DNA of 16,322 bases from Candidatus Fermentibacteraceae bacterium (lineage in GTDB: Bacteria; Fermentibacterota; Fermentibacteria; Fermentibacterales; JCC-6): contig JAWLEP010000052.1 in assembly GCA_041686025.1 (NCBI GenBank), positions 1 to 16,322 on the forward strand. The letters are read 5' to 3'. Shown here piece by piece: positions 1 through 8,565 of the stretch (its first letter is position 1; each line of letters opens with the position of its first letter). The notes beneath the pieces were generated by a model. It saw only the letters and a list, made by a program, of their open reading frames with translations. It was not told where the DNA came from and ran no database searches. The position numbers and the translations under genes are program-made.

Positions 1-366
1 CACGTTGGCGCTGCCGGGAGCGATGCCCAGTGTGGTGATGCCGGCCTTCCGGGCGTCACCGAAGGCCTCGTCGTCGGGGTAGATCCCGTCCAGGGCCCGA
101 ATCTCCGGGGTGAGCGGGTCGCTGTAGTCGTTGCCGTCCATGCCCACCTCGCCCACCCCCTCGTTGAAGACGCCCACGTGGCAGTGGGCGTCGATTATGC
201 CGGGTGTGACGTGGCATCCGGCCAGCGAGCGGACCTCTTCGGCGCCTTCGGTGGAGACGTCCCTGCCCACGGCGGCGATGCGTCCGTCCCTGACTACTAC
301 GGTGCAGGCCTCTATCGTACCGCTGCAGACCGTGTGAGCCGTAACGTCGGTTATGGCGAAATGCAT
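1..366 (-). CDS. Amidohydrolase-superfamily metal-dependent hydrolase (imidazolonepropionase-like), N-terminal part; runs off the left edge
   Basis: Not in the ORF track; translated by hand from ATG at 366: MHFAITDVTAHTVCSGTIEACTVVVRDGRIAAVG...HVTPGIIDAHCHVGVFNEG...AGITTLGIAPGSANV. It has the DGRIAAVG and PGxIDxHxH amidohydrolase motifs. SD AAGGAG lies 5 nt upstream of the ATG. Confidence 0.9.
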   Translation of the reverse strand, partial: MHFAITDVTAHTVCSGTIEACTVVVRDGRIAAVGRDVSTEGAEEVRSLAGCHVTPGIIDAHCHVGVFNEGVGEVGMDGNDYSDPLTPEIRALDGIYPDDEAFGDARKAGITTLGIAPGSANV

Positions 367-388
367 TACATCTCCTTTCGTTCGTCCA

Positions 389-416
389 AATATATTTGAG
401 CCTAGCCCGGGGTCAA
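389..416 (-). promoter_or_regulatory. Putative sigma70 promoter of the amidohydrolase gene
   Basis: Minus strand reads TTGACC (416-411), 16 nt, TATATT (394-389), just upstream of the SD/ATG, in an AT-rich patch within GC-rich DNA. Confidence 0.55.
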
Positions 417-421
417 CGGCA

Positions 422-1318
422 CTACCGCTCGGGAATGCCGCTGGGGGCAAGGGACGCCTTCCGCCGCTTCCTCTCGGACATGTAGACGGTCCAGTAGGTT
501 GAGCCCAGGATAAGCGCCGCCCCCAGCCACCCGGAGGCGGGAAGCGACTCGCCGAAGAGGAGGACACCGCCTGTGGCCGCCACCACCGCCTCGCCTATGT
601 AGATCAGAGCGGAGGGGGCAGCGCCCAGCAGCGGCTGCCACCGCAGCTGCCACATGACCACCAGGACGGTGGCGGGAAGCGCCAGGTAGAGAAGGCCCAG
701 CAGCTCAGGCGCGCCCAGGTCCGGGGTTCCCCATCCGGAGGCCAGGGCCGCCCCCAGGGAGATCACGCCCACCACCGTCAGCTGCACCAGGCAGAGTCCC
801 AGCTCCTCCCCCCTGACGGTGTAGCGGTCGATGAGGGCCAGGTGGACGGCCCAGCACAGCGCGCTGCCGGCGGTAAGGGCGTCTCCGGGGTTCAGGCCCC
901 CCGCCGGATCGGCCAGCAGGTACATCCCCGCCATGGCCGCCGCCGCAGGCATGAGGGTCCTCGCCCCCACCCTCCCCCATCCGGTAACGGCCAGAACCAG
1001 GGGGGTGAAGACCACGTAGAGGGATGTGATGAAGGCCGACTTCCCCGCATCGGTGTGCACCAGCCCGGCGGTCTGCAGGAAGTAGCCGCCGAAGAGGACC
1101 AGGCCCATCAGCGTTCCCCGAAGCAGCACCCGGCGGCCGGGAAGCCCCCCCCTGCGAAGGGCCAGCGGGGCCAGCAGCGCCGCTGCGGCCAGGAATCGGA
1201 GGGCCACCAGCTGAAGCGGGGGCACGCTCCTCACCAGGGGCTTGATAACCACGAAGGTCATGCCCCAGAAGAAAGTGGCGATGCCCAGCATGAGCGCTGC
1301 CCTGGTCCGCTCCCTCAT
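422..1318 (-). CDS. DMT/EamA-family transporter (about 298 aa, two EamA repeats)
   Basis: About 10 hydrophobic helices and typical motifs (ATFFWGMTFVVIK, ALRFLAAA, GYFLQTAGL..TDAGKSAFITSLYVVFTP, GDALT, FGESL...GWLGAALI). Start placed at ATG 1318 (MRERTRAALML). The longer ORF-track extension overlaps the divergent gene. Confidence 0.9.
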   Translation of the reverse strand: MRERTRAALMLGIATFFWGMTFVVIKPLVRSVPPLQLVALRFLAAAALLAPLALRRGGLPGRRVLLRGTLMGLVLFGGYFLQTAGLVHTDAGKSAFITSLYVVFTPLVLAVTGWGRVGARTLMPAAAAMAGMYLLADPAGGLNPGDALTAGSALCWAVHLALIDRYTVRGEELGLCLVQLTVVGVISLGAALASGWGTPDLGAPELLGLLYLALPATVLVVMWQLRWQPLLGAAPSALIYIGEAVVAATGGVLLFGESLPASGWLGAALILGSTYWTVYMSERKRRKASLAPSGIPER

Positions 1319-1383
1319 ACCCCCGGCCCCTGTCTTTCCGCAAGCCTCTCTCTGACGCATAGTAGAAGCAGGATCCGAAGCGG

Positions 1384-1389
1384 TATAAT
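1384..1389 (+). promoter_or_regulatory. Putative -10 element for the HD-GYP/cyclase operon
   Basis: Perfect TATAAT in the short divergent intergenic region, about 60 nt before ATG 1451. No convincing -35 seen. Confidence 0.4.
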
Positions 1390-1450
1390 AACCACCGTCC
1401 AGGCCGGCGGTACCGTCTTCCGCCGGGGCGATGGAAGGGAAAGCTCCGCC

Positions 1451-2569
1451 ATGGCAGGCCAGGCAGCTGACGCGGACGCCCACAGGCGCAACGCCGTAAT
1501 ACTGCGGATACTCAGGTCCATAGGCTCGGCCCGCAGCATCCGGCAGCTCATTACGCTGCTGGCGCGGGAGACCCGCATCGTCCTGAGCTGCCAGAGGGCC
1601 AGCGTCTTCCTCTACGACCCCGACGAGGAGGAGCTCTGGTCGCTGGTGGCGGAGGGCGAGTCGGACGAGATCCGCTTTCCCGTCGACACGGGAATCGCCG
1701 GGCACGTCTTCGAGACCGGGCAGCCCCTGGTGATAGGCGACGTTCCCTCAGACCCCCGGTTCAACCCGGAGATAGACGCCCGCACGGGATTCACCACCCG
1801 TCAGCTCATCACCGCCCCCATCATCGGCCCCGGGGGCGAGAAGGTGGGCGTCTTCCAGCTGGTGAACAGGCTGGAGGGGGATTTCGACGCCGGGGACCTG
1901 GAGTTCCTGGAGGCCATAGCCGGGGAGGCGGCGGTTACCATACAGAACTTCCAGATGCTGGAGAGCCGACGCCGGATGTTCGAGGGGCTGGTGAACGCCC
2001 TGGCGGAGTCCATCGAGTCCCGGGACCCCCTCACCGCCGGCCACAGCTACCAGGTGATGCTCTACTCGGTGGAGGCCGCCCGGGAGCTGGGTCTGGACTC
2101 CCGGCAGATAGAGACCATCAGGTACGCGGCACTGCTGCACGACTACGGCAAGATCGGCATACCCGACAGCATACTCAAGAAGGACGGGGCCCTCTCCGGC
2201 GACGAGAGGGCCATAATCCGAACCCACGTCGAGCACACCGAGAAGATACTCTCGAGGATCGAGTTCGAGCGGGGGCTTCGGGACGTCCCCCGCTTCGCCG
2301 TAGAGCACCACGAGCGCCTTAACGGCTCGGGCTACCCCAGGGGTCTGGCCGGGGAGGACATCTCCCTGGGGGGGCGGATAATCGCCGTAGCCGACGTCTT
2401 CGAGTCCCTGACATCCCAGCGCCATTACCGAAGCCCCATGCCCTTCCCGGAGGCCCTGGCCGTCATCCGTGAGGGGGCCGGAGATCTGTTCGACCGGGAG
2501 GTGGTGGAGGCCTTCGTCCGGGTCCTGTCCAGGCTGGGCCTCGCAGAGAAGCCGGAGCACGGAGCTTGA
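1451..2569 (+). CDS. GAF + HD-GYP domain cyclic-dinucleotide phosphodiesterase
   Basis: GAF motifs RASVFLYD, GIAGHVFETG, DPRFNPEIDARTGFTTRQLITAPI, GVFQLVN, FDAGD. HD-GYP motifs GHS, LLHDYGKIG, HHERLNGSGYPRGL, IAVADVFESL, RHYR. Start chosen at ATG 1451. Confidence 0.92.
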   Translation: MAGQAADADAHRRNAVILRILRSIGSARSIRQLITLLARETRIVLSCQRASVFLYDPDEEELWSLVAEGESDEIRFPVDTGIAGHVFETGQPLVIGDVPSDPRFNPEIDARTGFTTRQLITAPIIGPGGEKVGVFQLVNRLEGDFDAGDLEFLEAIAGEAAVTIQNFQMLESRRRMFEGLVNALAESIESRDPLTAGHSYQVMLYSVEAARELGLDSRQIETIRYAALLHDYGKIGIPDSILKKDGALSGDERAIIRTHVEHTEKILSRIEFERGLRDVPRFAVEHHERLNGSGYPRGLAGEDISLGGRIIAVADVFESLTSQRHYRSPMPFPEALAVIREGAGDLFDREVVEAFVRVLSRLGLAEKPEHGA

Positions 2570-4707
2570 GCGACGTTTCGACCGCGAGGGTGGTGGGGCG
2601 CCTGCTGAGGCCGGACTCCTTCACCGTACGCCTGATCCTGGTGGCCCTGGCCTCGGTGCTGATGACGGCCCTGCTCTCATCCACCGGCATCGTCAGGCAG
2701 TGGGAGTGGACCCTCCTCGACTACCGGCACCGGCTGACCCCGGACCCGGAGGGCGCCGACGACTCCATGGTCCTGGTGGTGCTCAACGGCGACTCCATGG
2801 ACCGGCTCTCCTGGCTCTCCTGGCCCTGGCCGCGGCAGATATACGCCGACTGCCTGGACATCCTCTCCCGCTGGGGGGCCCGGACGGTGGTCTTCGACAT
2901 CCTCTTCGACCTGCCCTCCATATACGGCGGCGCCGACGACCAGGCCCTGGGCCGGGCCGCCTCCCGCACCACGTCCCTCTTCGCGGTGGAGGCCCACAGC
3001 AGGGTCCACGGGGGGCGCAGAGACACCATTCCCGACAAGGCCCTGCTCCCCGGCGCCAGGCTTCTGGGCAGTCCCGACACCGTGCTCTCCTGCAACCCGC
3101 CTGCCGGCGAGATACTGGCCGGCGCCCACCTGCTGGGGAGCACGTCGCAGTCCCCCGACGACGACGGCGTGTTCCGACGGATCCGGGTGGCCAGGGCCTC
3201 CCCGGAAGGGGTGGTCCCCTCCCTTCCCCTGGCGGCGGCATGGACCCTCACCGGCGAGGGTCCGGTTACGGTGACGCCCCGCCGGCTGGAGCTGGCGGGA
3301 AGGTCGGTCCCCCTGGACGGCGACTACGGCATGATCCTCCATTACCACGGCCCGAGGGAGACCTACACCTACGTCCCCATCGCCGACCTGCTGGCGTCCA
3401 TGGAGGCCCTGGCCGCCGGCGAGCCCCCTCTGGTGGACTCCACCCTCTTCGAAGGGGCCACCGTTCTCTTCGGCTATACGGCGGCCGGGCTCATGGACCT
3501 CAAGCCCACCCCATTCTCATCGGTCTACCCGGGAGTGGAGGTCCTGGCCACGGCTCTGGACAACATGCTCTCCGGCAGAGCGGTAAGGCCCCTTTCTCCC
3601 CTGGCGGGATGGGCAGCTGCCGCCCTTCTGGCCCTTCTGGCGGCGGTGGCTTTCCGGGCGGTCCCCAGCGTCTACCTGGCAGCCCTGGCGGCGCTGGCCC
3701 CCATGGCCGTCTACCTGGCGGCGGCGCTTCTGCTGTTCGGCAGGGGAATATGGATGGACATGGCCTTCCCCCTCTCGTCGGGCATACTGGCCCTGATCGG
3801 AGGCGGCGTTGTATCCTACAGCCACGCCACCAGCCAGAAGAGGTTCATCAGGAAGGCCTTCTCCCAGTACCTCTCCCCGGAGGTAGTGAGCCAGGTCATC
3901 TCCACCCCCGAGAGACTGTCCCTGGGCGGAGAGAAGAGGGTGATGACGGCCTTCTTCTCCGACATCCGGGGATTCACCGCCATATCCGAGGGGCTGGACC
4001 CCACCGAGCTGGTGGGCCTTCTCAACGTCTATCTCACCCGAATGGCCGACATCATCATGGAGGCCGGCGGTACCGTGGACAAGTTCGAGGGGGACGCGGT
4101 GATAGCCTTCTGGGGGGCGCCCCTGGAGCTTCCCGACCACGCCGCCAGGGCCTGCGGGGCGGCCCTGGACTGCCGAGACATGCACGGAGAGCTGAACCGC
4201 CGACTCTCCCGGAGGGGCTACCCGGAGATAGTCACCAGGATCGGTCTGAACTCCGGACCAATGGTGGTGGGCAACATGGGCTCGGAGAAGCGCTTCGACT
4301 ACACGATGATGGGCGAGGCGGTGAACCTGGCCGCCAGGCTGGAGGGGGTCAACAAGACATACGGCACGCTGACCATGTGCTCCGCGGAGACTGCGCAGGC
4401 GGCGGGAGACGGCTTCGTCTTCCGCCAGCTGGACACGGTCAGGGTGGTGGGCCAGAAGCGTCCGGTAACCGTCATGGAGCTGGTGTGCCGCAAGGGTTGC
4501 CTGGACCCGGACCGGGAGCGTATCCTGCAGGGGTATCGGCAGGCGCTGGCCGCGTACAGGCGGGGCGCGCTGGCGGAAGCCGGGGAGCTGTTCGCCAGCA
4601 TGGAGACCGACCCTCCCTCGGCGTTGATGGCGCAGAGGTGCGCCGCCATGCTGCAGGGGGACATGGAGACTTGCCAGGACGGGGTATTCGTCCTCGAGAG
4701 CAAGTAG
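2566..4707 (+). CDS. CHASE2-domain class III adenylate cyclase (membrane-bound)
   Basis: CHASE2 motifs WPWPRQIYA, VVFDILF, DDDGVFRR, VLFGYTAAGLMDLKPTP, YPGVEVLATALDN, followed by three TM helices. Cyclase core FFSDIRGFT, DKFEGDAVIAFWG, RIGLNSGPMVVGNMGS, DYTMMGEAVNLAARLE. TTG start overlaps the upstream stop (TTGA). Confidence 0.93.
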   Translation: MSDVSTARVVGRLLRPDSFTVRLILVALASVLMTALLSSTGIVRQWEWTLLDYRHRLTPDPEGADDSMVLVVLNGDSMDRLSWLSWPWPRQIYADCLDILSRWGARTVVFDILFDLPSIYGGADDQALGRAASRTTSLFAVEAHSRVHGGRRDTIPDKALLPGARLLGSPDTVLSCNPPAGEILAGAHLLGSTSQSPDDDGVFRRIRVARASPEGVVPSLPLAAAWTLTGEGPVTVTPRRLELAGRSVPLDGDYGMILHYHGPRETYTYVPIADLLASMEALAAGEPPLVDSTLFEGATVLFGYTAAGLMDLKPTPFSSVYPGVEVLATALDNMLSGRAVRPLSPLAGWAAAALLALLAAVAFRAVPSVYLAALAALAPMAVYLAAALLLFGRGIWMDMAFPLSSGILALIGGGVVSYSHATSQKRFIRKAFSQYLSPEVVSQVISTPERLSLGGEKRVMTAFFSDIRGFTAISEGLDPTELVGLLNVYLTRMADIIMEAGGTVDKFEGDAVIAFWGAPLELPDHAARACGAALDCRDMHGELNRRLSRRGYPEIVTRIGLNSGPMVVGNMGSEKRFDYTMMGEAVNLAARLEGVNKTYGTLTMCSAETAQAAGDGFVFRQLDTVRVVGQKRPVTVMELVCRKGCLDPDRERILQGYRQALAAYRRGALAEAGELFASMETDPPSALMAQRCAAMLQGDMETCQDGVFVLESK

Positions 4708-4720
4708 GAGCGGAGGAGAT

Positions 4721-5293
4721 ATGAGATCGAGAGGGTGCAGGATATGGGCTGCCGCCGCCCTGCTGGGGGCCGTGCTGGCCTCCGGGGCGGCAGTGGCCGA
4801 GGACCCGCCCGAGGCGGGGAGCCAGGCCACCGTCAAGGTGCGGTCGCAGCATATGTTTCCCAGGCCCGTCTTCTACGCCGAGCCGCTGGCCGAGCTGAGC
4901 TTCGGCGAGGTCCTTACACTGGGCGAGAGCAGCGGCGACTGGTTCAGGGCCACCCGTTCTGGGGGAACCTCGGGATGGGTCCACGCCACGGCGCTGACGG
5001 GAGCGGTGGCCGGCGAGGGCGACATCGGCTCCGGGTCCGGAGAGGTGAGCTCCGACGAGGTCATGCTGGCCGGCCGGGGCTTCAACAGCCAGGTGGAGGA
5101 TGCCTACAGCAGCGACCACCCGGAGCTGGACTTCTCCGAGGTGGACGCCATGGAGAGGCTGGAGGTAACCCCTTCGGAGCTGGAGAGCTTCCTGGCCGAG
5201 GGGGGCCTCATTGAGTCCACCGGCTCCTCCGGAGGCGACTCCGGTGACTCCGGGTCCTCCCCGGACTCCGGCCGCGGAAGGGGGAGGAGCTGA
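4721..5293 (+). CDS. Exported SH3-type domain protein
   Basis: SD GGAGG. Signal peptide (basic N-terminus, AAALLGAVLA, AVA cleavage site). Bacterial SH3-like pattern LSFGEVLTLGESSGDWFRA...GTSGWVH. C-terminal EVMLAGRGFNSQVE segment. Confidence 0.75.
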   Translation: MRSRGCRIWAAAALLGAVLASGAAVAEDPPEAGSQATVKVRSQHMFPRPVFYAEPLAELSFGEVLTLGESSGDWFRATRSGGTSGWVHATALTGAVAGEGDIGSGSGEVSSDEVMLAGRGFNSQVEDAYSSDHPELDFSEVDAMERLEVTPSELESFLAEGGLIESTGSSGGDSGDSGSSPDSGRGRGRS

Positions 5294-6246
5294 TGGTCTG
5301 CGCAATGATTCTGGCTGCAGCGCTCGGCTGGGGCCTGGACGACCTCGACGACGTTGTGGACGTGGTGGAGAGCGACGAGGTCCAGACGGCCATCGAGGTG
5401 GGCGAGTCGTTCCATGACGCCGCCCGGGAGATCAGCGAGACCGAGGAGTACTACATAGGGCGCGCGGTGGCCGCCAACATACTGCACCGCTACTCCCCGG
5501 TGTCCGACCCCGACGTACAGGCCTACATCAACGAGGTGGGCAGGGCGGTATCGGTCTACTCCCCCCGGCCCGCAACCTACGGAGGCTATCACTTCCTGCT
5601 GCTGGAGAGCGGAGAGATAAACGCCATGGCCTGCCCCGGAGGGCTGGTGTTCGTAACCCGGGGCCTGTACGACCTGGCCGACAGCGAGGACGAGCTGGCC
5701 GCCGTACTGGCCCACGAGATATCCCACGTGGCCCTGAAGCACGGCCTGAGGTCCGTGGAGAAGGCCAAGTGGACCGGGGCCTTCGCCCAGCTGGGAACGG
5801 CAGCGGCGGAGCGGTACGGCAGCGACGAGGTCCGCGAGCTGTCCGAGAGCTACGGCGACGTAGTGAGCGACATCACCACCAACCTGGTGACCCGCGGGTA
5901 CAGCCGCGACTCCGAGAAGCAGGCCGACAGCCTGGCGGTGGCCATACTGGACCGTTCCGGCTACGACCCCGCGGCGCTGAAGAGGGTCCTGGAGGCCATG
6001 GCCGCCATGGACAGCCGTTCGGGGCCGGGCTTCTGGCAGACCCACCCCTCCCCCGAGGACAGGCTGGACGTGGTGGAGGAGTCCCTCGACGGGTGCACCG
6101 GCACCCCCAGGGGGATGGCGGAGAGAACCGCCCGCTTCGCGGAGAGGTCGGCGGTGGACGCCAGCGCCCCGGAGACCACTGATTCGGGAACCTCCGGCCG
6201 CGGCGGCCGGTCCTCCGGCGGCTCCAGCGGAGGGGGAAGGCGCTGA
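5293..6246 (+). CDS. M48-family (BepA/YfgC/Ste24-like) zinc metallopeptidase, probably exported
   Basis: INAMACPGGLVFVTRGL, EDELAAVLAHEISH (HExxH), GYSRDSEKQAD, GYDP and THP motifs. TGATG overlap with the upstream gene. Confidence 0.93.
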   Translation: MVCAMILAAALGWGLDDLDDVVDVVESDEVQTAIEVGESFHDAAREISETEEYYIGRAVAANILHRYSPVSDPDVQAYINEVGRAVSVYSPRPATYGGYHFLLLESGEINAMACPGGLVFVTRGLYDLADSEDELAAVLAHEISHVALKHGLRSVEKAKWTGAFAQLGTAAAERYGSDEVRELSESYGDVVSDITTNLVTRGYSRDSEKQADSLAVAILDRSGYDPAALKRVLEAMAAMDSRSGPGFWQTHPSPEDRLDVVEESLDGCTGTPRGMAERTARFAERSAVDASAPETTDSGTSGRGGRSSGGSSGGGRR

Positions 6247-6260
6247 CCGGGAAAGCACCA

Positions 6261-6288
6261 GGGCGGCCGGACCCGGCTCCGGCCGCCC
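6261..6288. terminator. GC-rich hairpin after the M48 gene (possible terminator or processing site)
   Basis: Perfect 11-bp stem GGGCGGCCGGA/TCCGGCCGCCC with a 6-nt loop; no U-tract. Confidence 0.4.
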
Positions 6289-6301
6289 CTCCCCTGCAGT
6301 C

Positions 6302-7075
6302 TTGATCGGCCGGGAGACCCCGGCCGCCCTGCTGCTGGCGCTGCTGGCCCTGTGCGGGGGCCGGCGGACCCCGGCGGGGACGTCCCTTTGGACCCCCGAC
6401 ACGCTGTACACGCTGCCCCACGACCCCGCCGTCTACACCCAGGGACTGGAACTTCGCGGCGGAGTGCTCTACGAGAGCTCCGGGGGGTACGGCAGAAGCG
6501 CCATTCACACGGTGGACCCCTCCACCGGCCGGGTCCTCTCCAGGCGCAGACTGCCCGATGACATATTCGCCGAAGGGCTCACCTTCCATGAAGACAGCGG
6601 CTACCTGCTCACCTGGAGGGAGGGCCTGGTTCTCGTATTCGACCCCTCCTCCCTGGAGGTCACGGACACGCTGCAGCTGGCCGGCGAGGGCTGGGGCGTA
6701 TGCTCCGACGGACAGAACCTGTACACCTCCAACGGCAGCGCCGCCCTTGTCGTCCGCAGCCCCCGGAACATGTCTCCGCTGGACACCCTGACGGTGACCC
6801 TCGGCGGCGTGCCCCGGCCCGGCCTCAACGAGCTGGAATGGACCGAGTCGGGCATACTGGCCAACCGCTGGGGCACCGACAGGATACTGCGGATCTCCCC
6901 ATCCACCGGCGAGGTGCTGGAGGTGATGGACATCTCCCCCTTCTCCGAGTCGGGCCTGCCGGGGAGGGACGTGATGAACGGCATTGCCGTGATGGACGAC
7001 AGCCTGCTCCTGGTCACCGGCAAGCTGTGGCACAGGTACCTCGTCTTCCCCCTGCCGGACGGAACCCGCCGATGA
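6302..7075 (+). CDS. Glutaminyl-peptide cyclotransferase (bacterial/plant-type glutaminyl cyclase)
   Basis: Motifs PHDPAVYTQGL, LYESSGGYGRS, FAEGLT, LTWRE, GEGWG, SNGS, LNELE, VMNGIA, VTGKLW. Hydrophobic N-terminus ending LLALC (possible lipoprotein). TTG start is uncertain. Confidence 0.9.
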   Translation: MIGRETPAALLLALLALCGGRRTPAGTSLWTPDTLYTLPHDPAVYTQGLELRGGVLYESSGGYGRSAIHTVDPSTGRVLSRRRLPDDIFAEGLTFHEDSGYLLTWREGLVLVFDPSSLEVTDTLQLAGEGWGVCSDGQNLYTSNGSAALVVRSPRNMSPLDTLTVTLGGVPRPGLNELEWTESGILANRWGTDRILRISPSTGEVLEVMDISPFSESGLPGRDVMNGIAVMDDSLLLVTGKLWHRYLVFPLPDGTRR

Positions 7076-8382
7076 GGGACTCCATCCGAGACGCCGCTTC
7101 CACCTACAGAAGCGGCCTGGAGAACGGCTCCTTCGACTGGCGTCACATGCTGCGGGCCCTGCGCTGGCGCAACTTCCGCCTCTACTTCATCGGACAGGCC
7201 TTCTCGCTTACGGGCACCTGGATGCAGCGGGTGGCCCTGGGCTGGCTGGTATACAGGCTCACCGACTCCGAGACCATGCTGGGACTGGTGAGCTTCGCGG
7301 GGAGGATACCCAACATCCTGGTCCTGCCCTTCTCGGGCGTTCTGGCGGACAGGGTCAACAGGCACGCGGTGATGATGGTGGCCAGGGGGTTCGCCATGCT
7401 GCAGGCGGCCACGCTGGCGGTGCTGGTGCTCACCGGGGTGGTGCGTATATGGCACATAATCGTCCTGTCGCTGGTGATGGGGACGATCTTCGCCATGGAC
7501 GCGCCATCGAGGCAGGCCTTCATATACCAGGTCGTGGGCAGCAAGCGCGACCTGAGCAACGCCGTGGCCCTGCACTCCGCCGTATTCAACCTGGCCCGCC
7601 TGGTGGGGCCGGCCCTGGCCGGGCTGCTGGTGGCCCTGGCCGGCGAAGGGCCCGTCTTCCTGGTGAACGCCGCCTCCTACCTGGCCGTTCTGGCGGCCCT
7701 GGCCATGGTCAGGGTGGAGCCCCCTCCCAAGACCCGCAGGCGAAAGACCCTTCACCAGCTGCGGGAGGGCCTCTCCTACGCCTCCCGCACCCCCCCGGTG
7801 CGGGCCATACTCCTGCTGCTGCTGGCCACCAGCCTGCTGGCCTTCCCCTACCTGGTGCTGATGCCGGCCTTCGCCCGGGGAGTCCTGGGGGGCGACTCCC
7901 GCACCCTGGGCTGGCTCATGGGCTCCATTGGGGCGGGGGCGCTGGTGGGGGCGGCCTTCATCTCCTCGCGCCGCGACAACCTCTTCCTCTGGCACCAGAT
8001 ACCAGTATCCGGCCTGGCCCTGGGACTGGGGGTGGCCGGCTTCACCCTCTCCCGCAGCGTTCCCCTCTCCTGCGCCCTGCTGGTCCTCCCGGGCTTCGGC
8101 CTGATGACCCTGATGTCCTCCTGCAACACGGTGCTTCAGACCCTGGTGCCGGAAAGGGCCCGGGGGCGCGTCATGAGCCTATACTACATCTCCTTTCTGG
8201 GGATGATGCCCTTCGGAAGTCTGATCATGGGCTCCCTGGCCGAGCACTTCGGCACTCCCCAGACCGTCATGGTGGGTGGGCTCCTCTCGGCAGTAGCCTC
8301 CCTCCTCTTCGCCGCCCAGATCGATTCCATCCGCTGCTGCGCCTCCAGGCTGAAGGGCGAGGAGGCCTCTGCCGACGACTGA
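7072..8382 (+). CDS. MFS transporter (MFS_3/EntS-like, 12 TM)
   Basis: RNFRLYFIGQAFSLTGTWMQRVALGWLV, GVLADRVNR, DAPSRQA, NAVALHS..FNLARLVGPALAG, RGRVMSLY. ATGA overlap with the glutaminyl cyclase stop. Confidence 0.9.
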   Translation: MRDSIRDAASTYRSGLENGSFDWRHMLRALRWRNFRLYFIGQAFSLTGTWMQRVALGWLVYRLTDSETMLGLVSFAGRIPNILVLPFSGVLADRVNRHAVMMVARGFAMLQAATLAVLVLTGVVRIWHIIVLSLVMGTIFAMDAPSRQAFIYQVVGSKRDLSNAVALHSAVFNLARLVGPALAGLLVALAGEGPVFLVNAASYLAVLAALAMVRVEPPPKTRRRKTLHQLREGLSYASRTPPVRAILLLLLATSLLAFPYLVLMPAFARGVLGGDSRTLGWLMGSIGAGALVGAAFISSRRDNLFLWHQIPVSGLALGLGVAGFTLSRSVPLSCALLVLPGFGLMTLMSSCNTVLQTLVPERARGRVMSLYYISFLGMMPFGSLIMGSLAEHFGTPQTVMVGGLLSAVASLLFAAQIDSIRCCASRLKGEEASADD

Positions 8383-8565
8383 GCCTCCGCGGGAAGCCCC
8401 TGCCCGCTCCCCGAACCCGCGCCTTGACGCGGCGACGGATGAGAACATATCCAACCCTGTTCGAACGCCGCACCTCCCGCCGTTCCCGACCCGGAGGAGC
8501 CGGAGCAGGGGAACCGGGGGTCAACGGCCCCGTCACCCGGCGCGGCCCTTGTCGTGGAGGACCGA

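Noticed and set aside
842..1705. N-terminal extensions of the DMT ORF (to 1705) and HD-GYP ORF (from 842)
   Set aside because: They overlap each other head to head and have no domain content. Starts at 1318 and 1451 leave a plausible divergent promoter region.
2469..4724. 751-aa alternative-frame ORF overlapping the cyclase; likewise 7449-9887, 12576-14141 and 10249-11397
   Set aside because: Pro/Gly/Arg-rich shadow frames expected at high GC; no domain motifs; fully overlap well-supported genes.
3517..7995. Long antisense ORFs (3517-4836, 5104-6411, 5873-7033, 6601-7995)
   Set aside because: Antisense shadows caused by high GC3 codon bias in the real plus-strand genes.
409..8528. 12-bp repeat GGGGTCAACGGC at 409-420 and 8517-8528, both intergenic
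   Set aside because: Only two short copies. The first is explained by a -35 box, and the second has no matching minus-strand gene. Not enough to call a repeat family or mobile-element ends.
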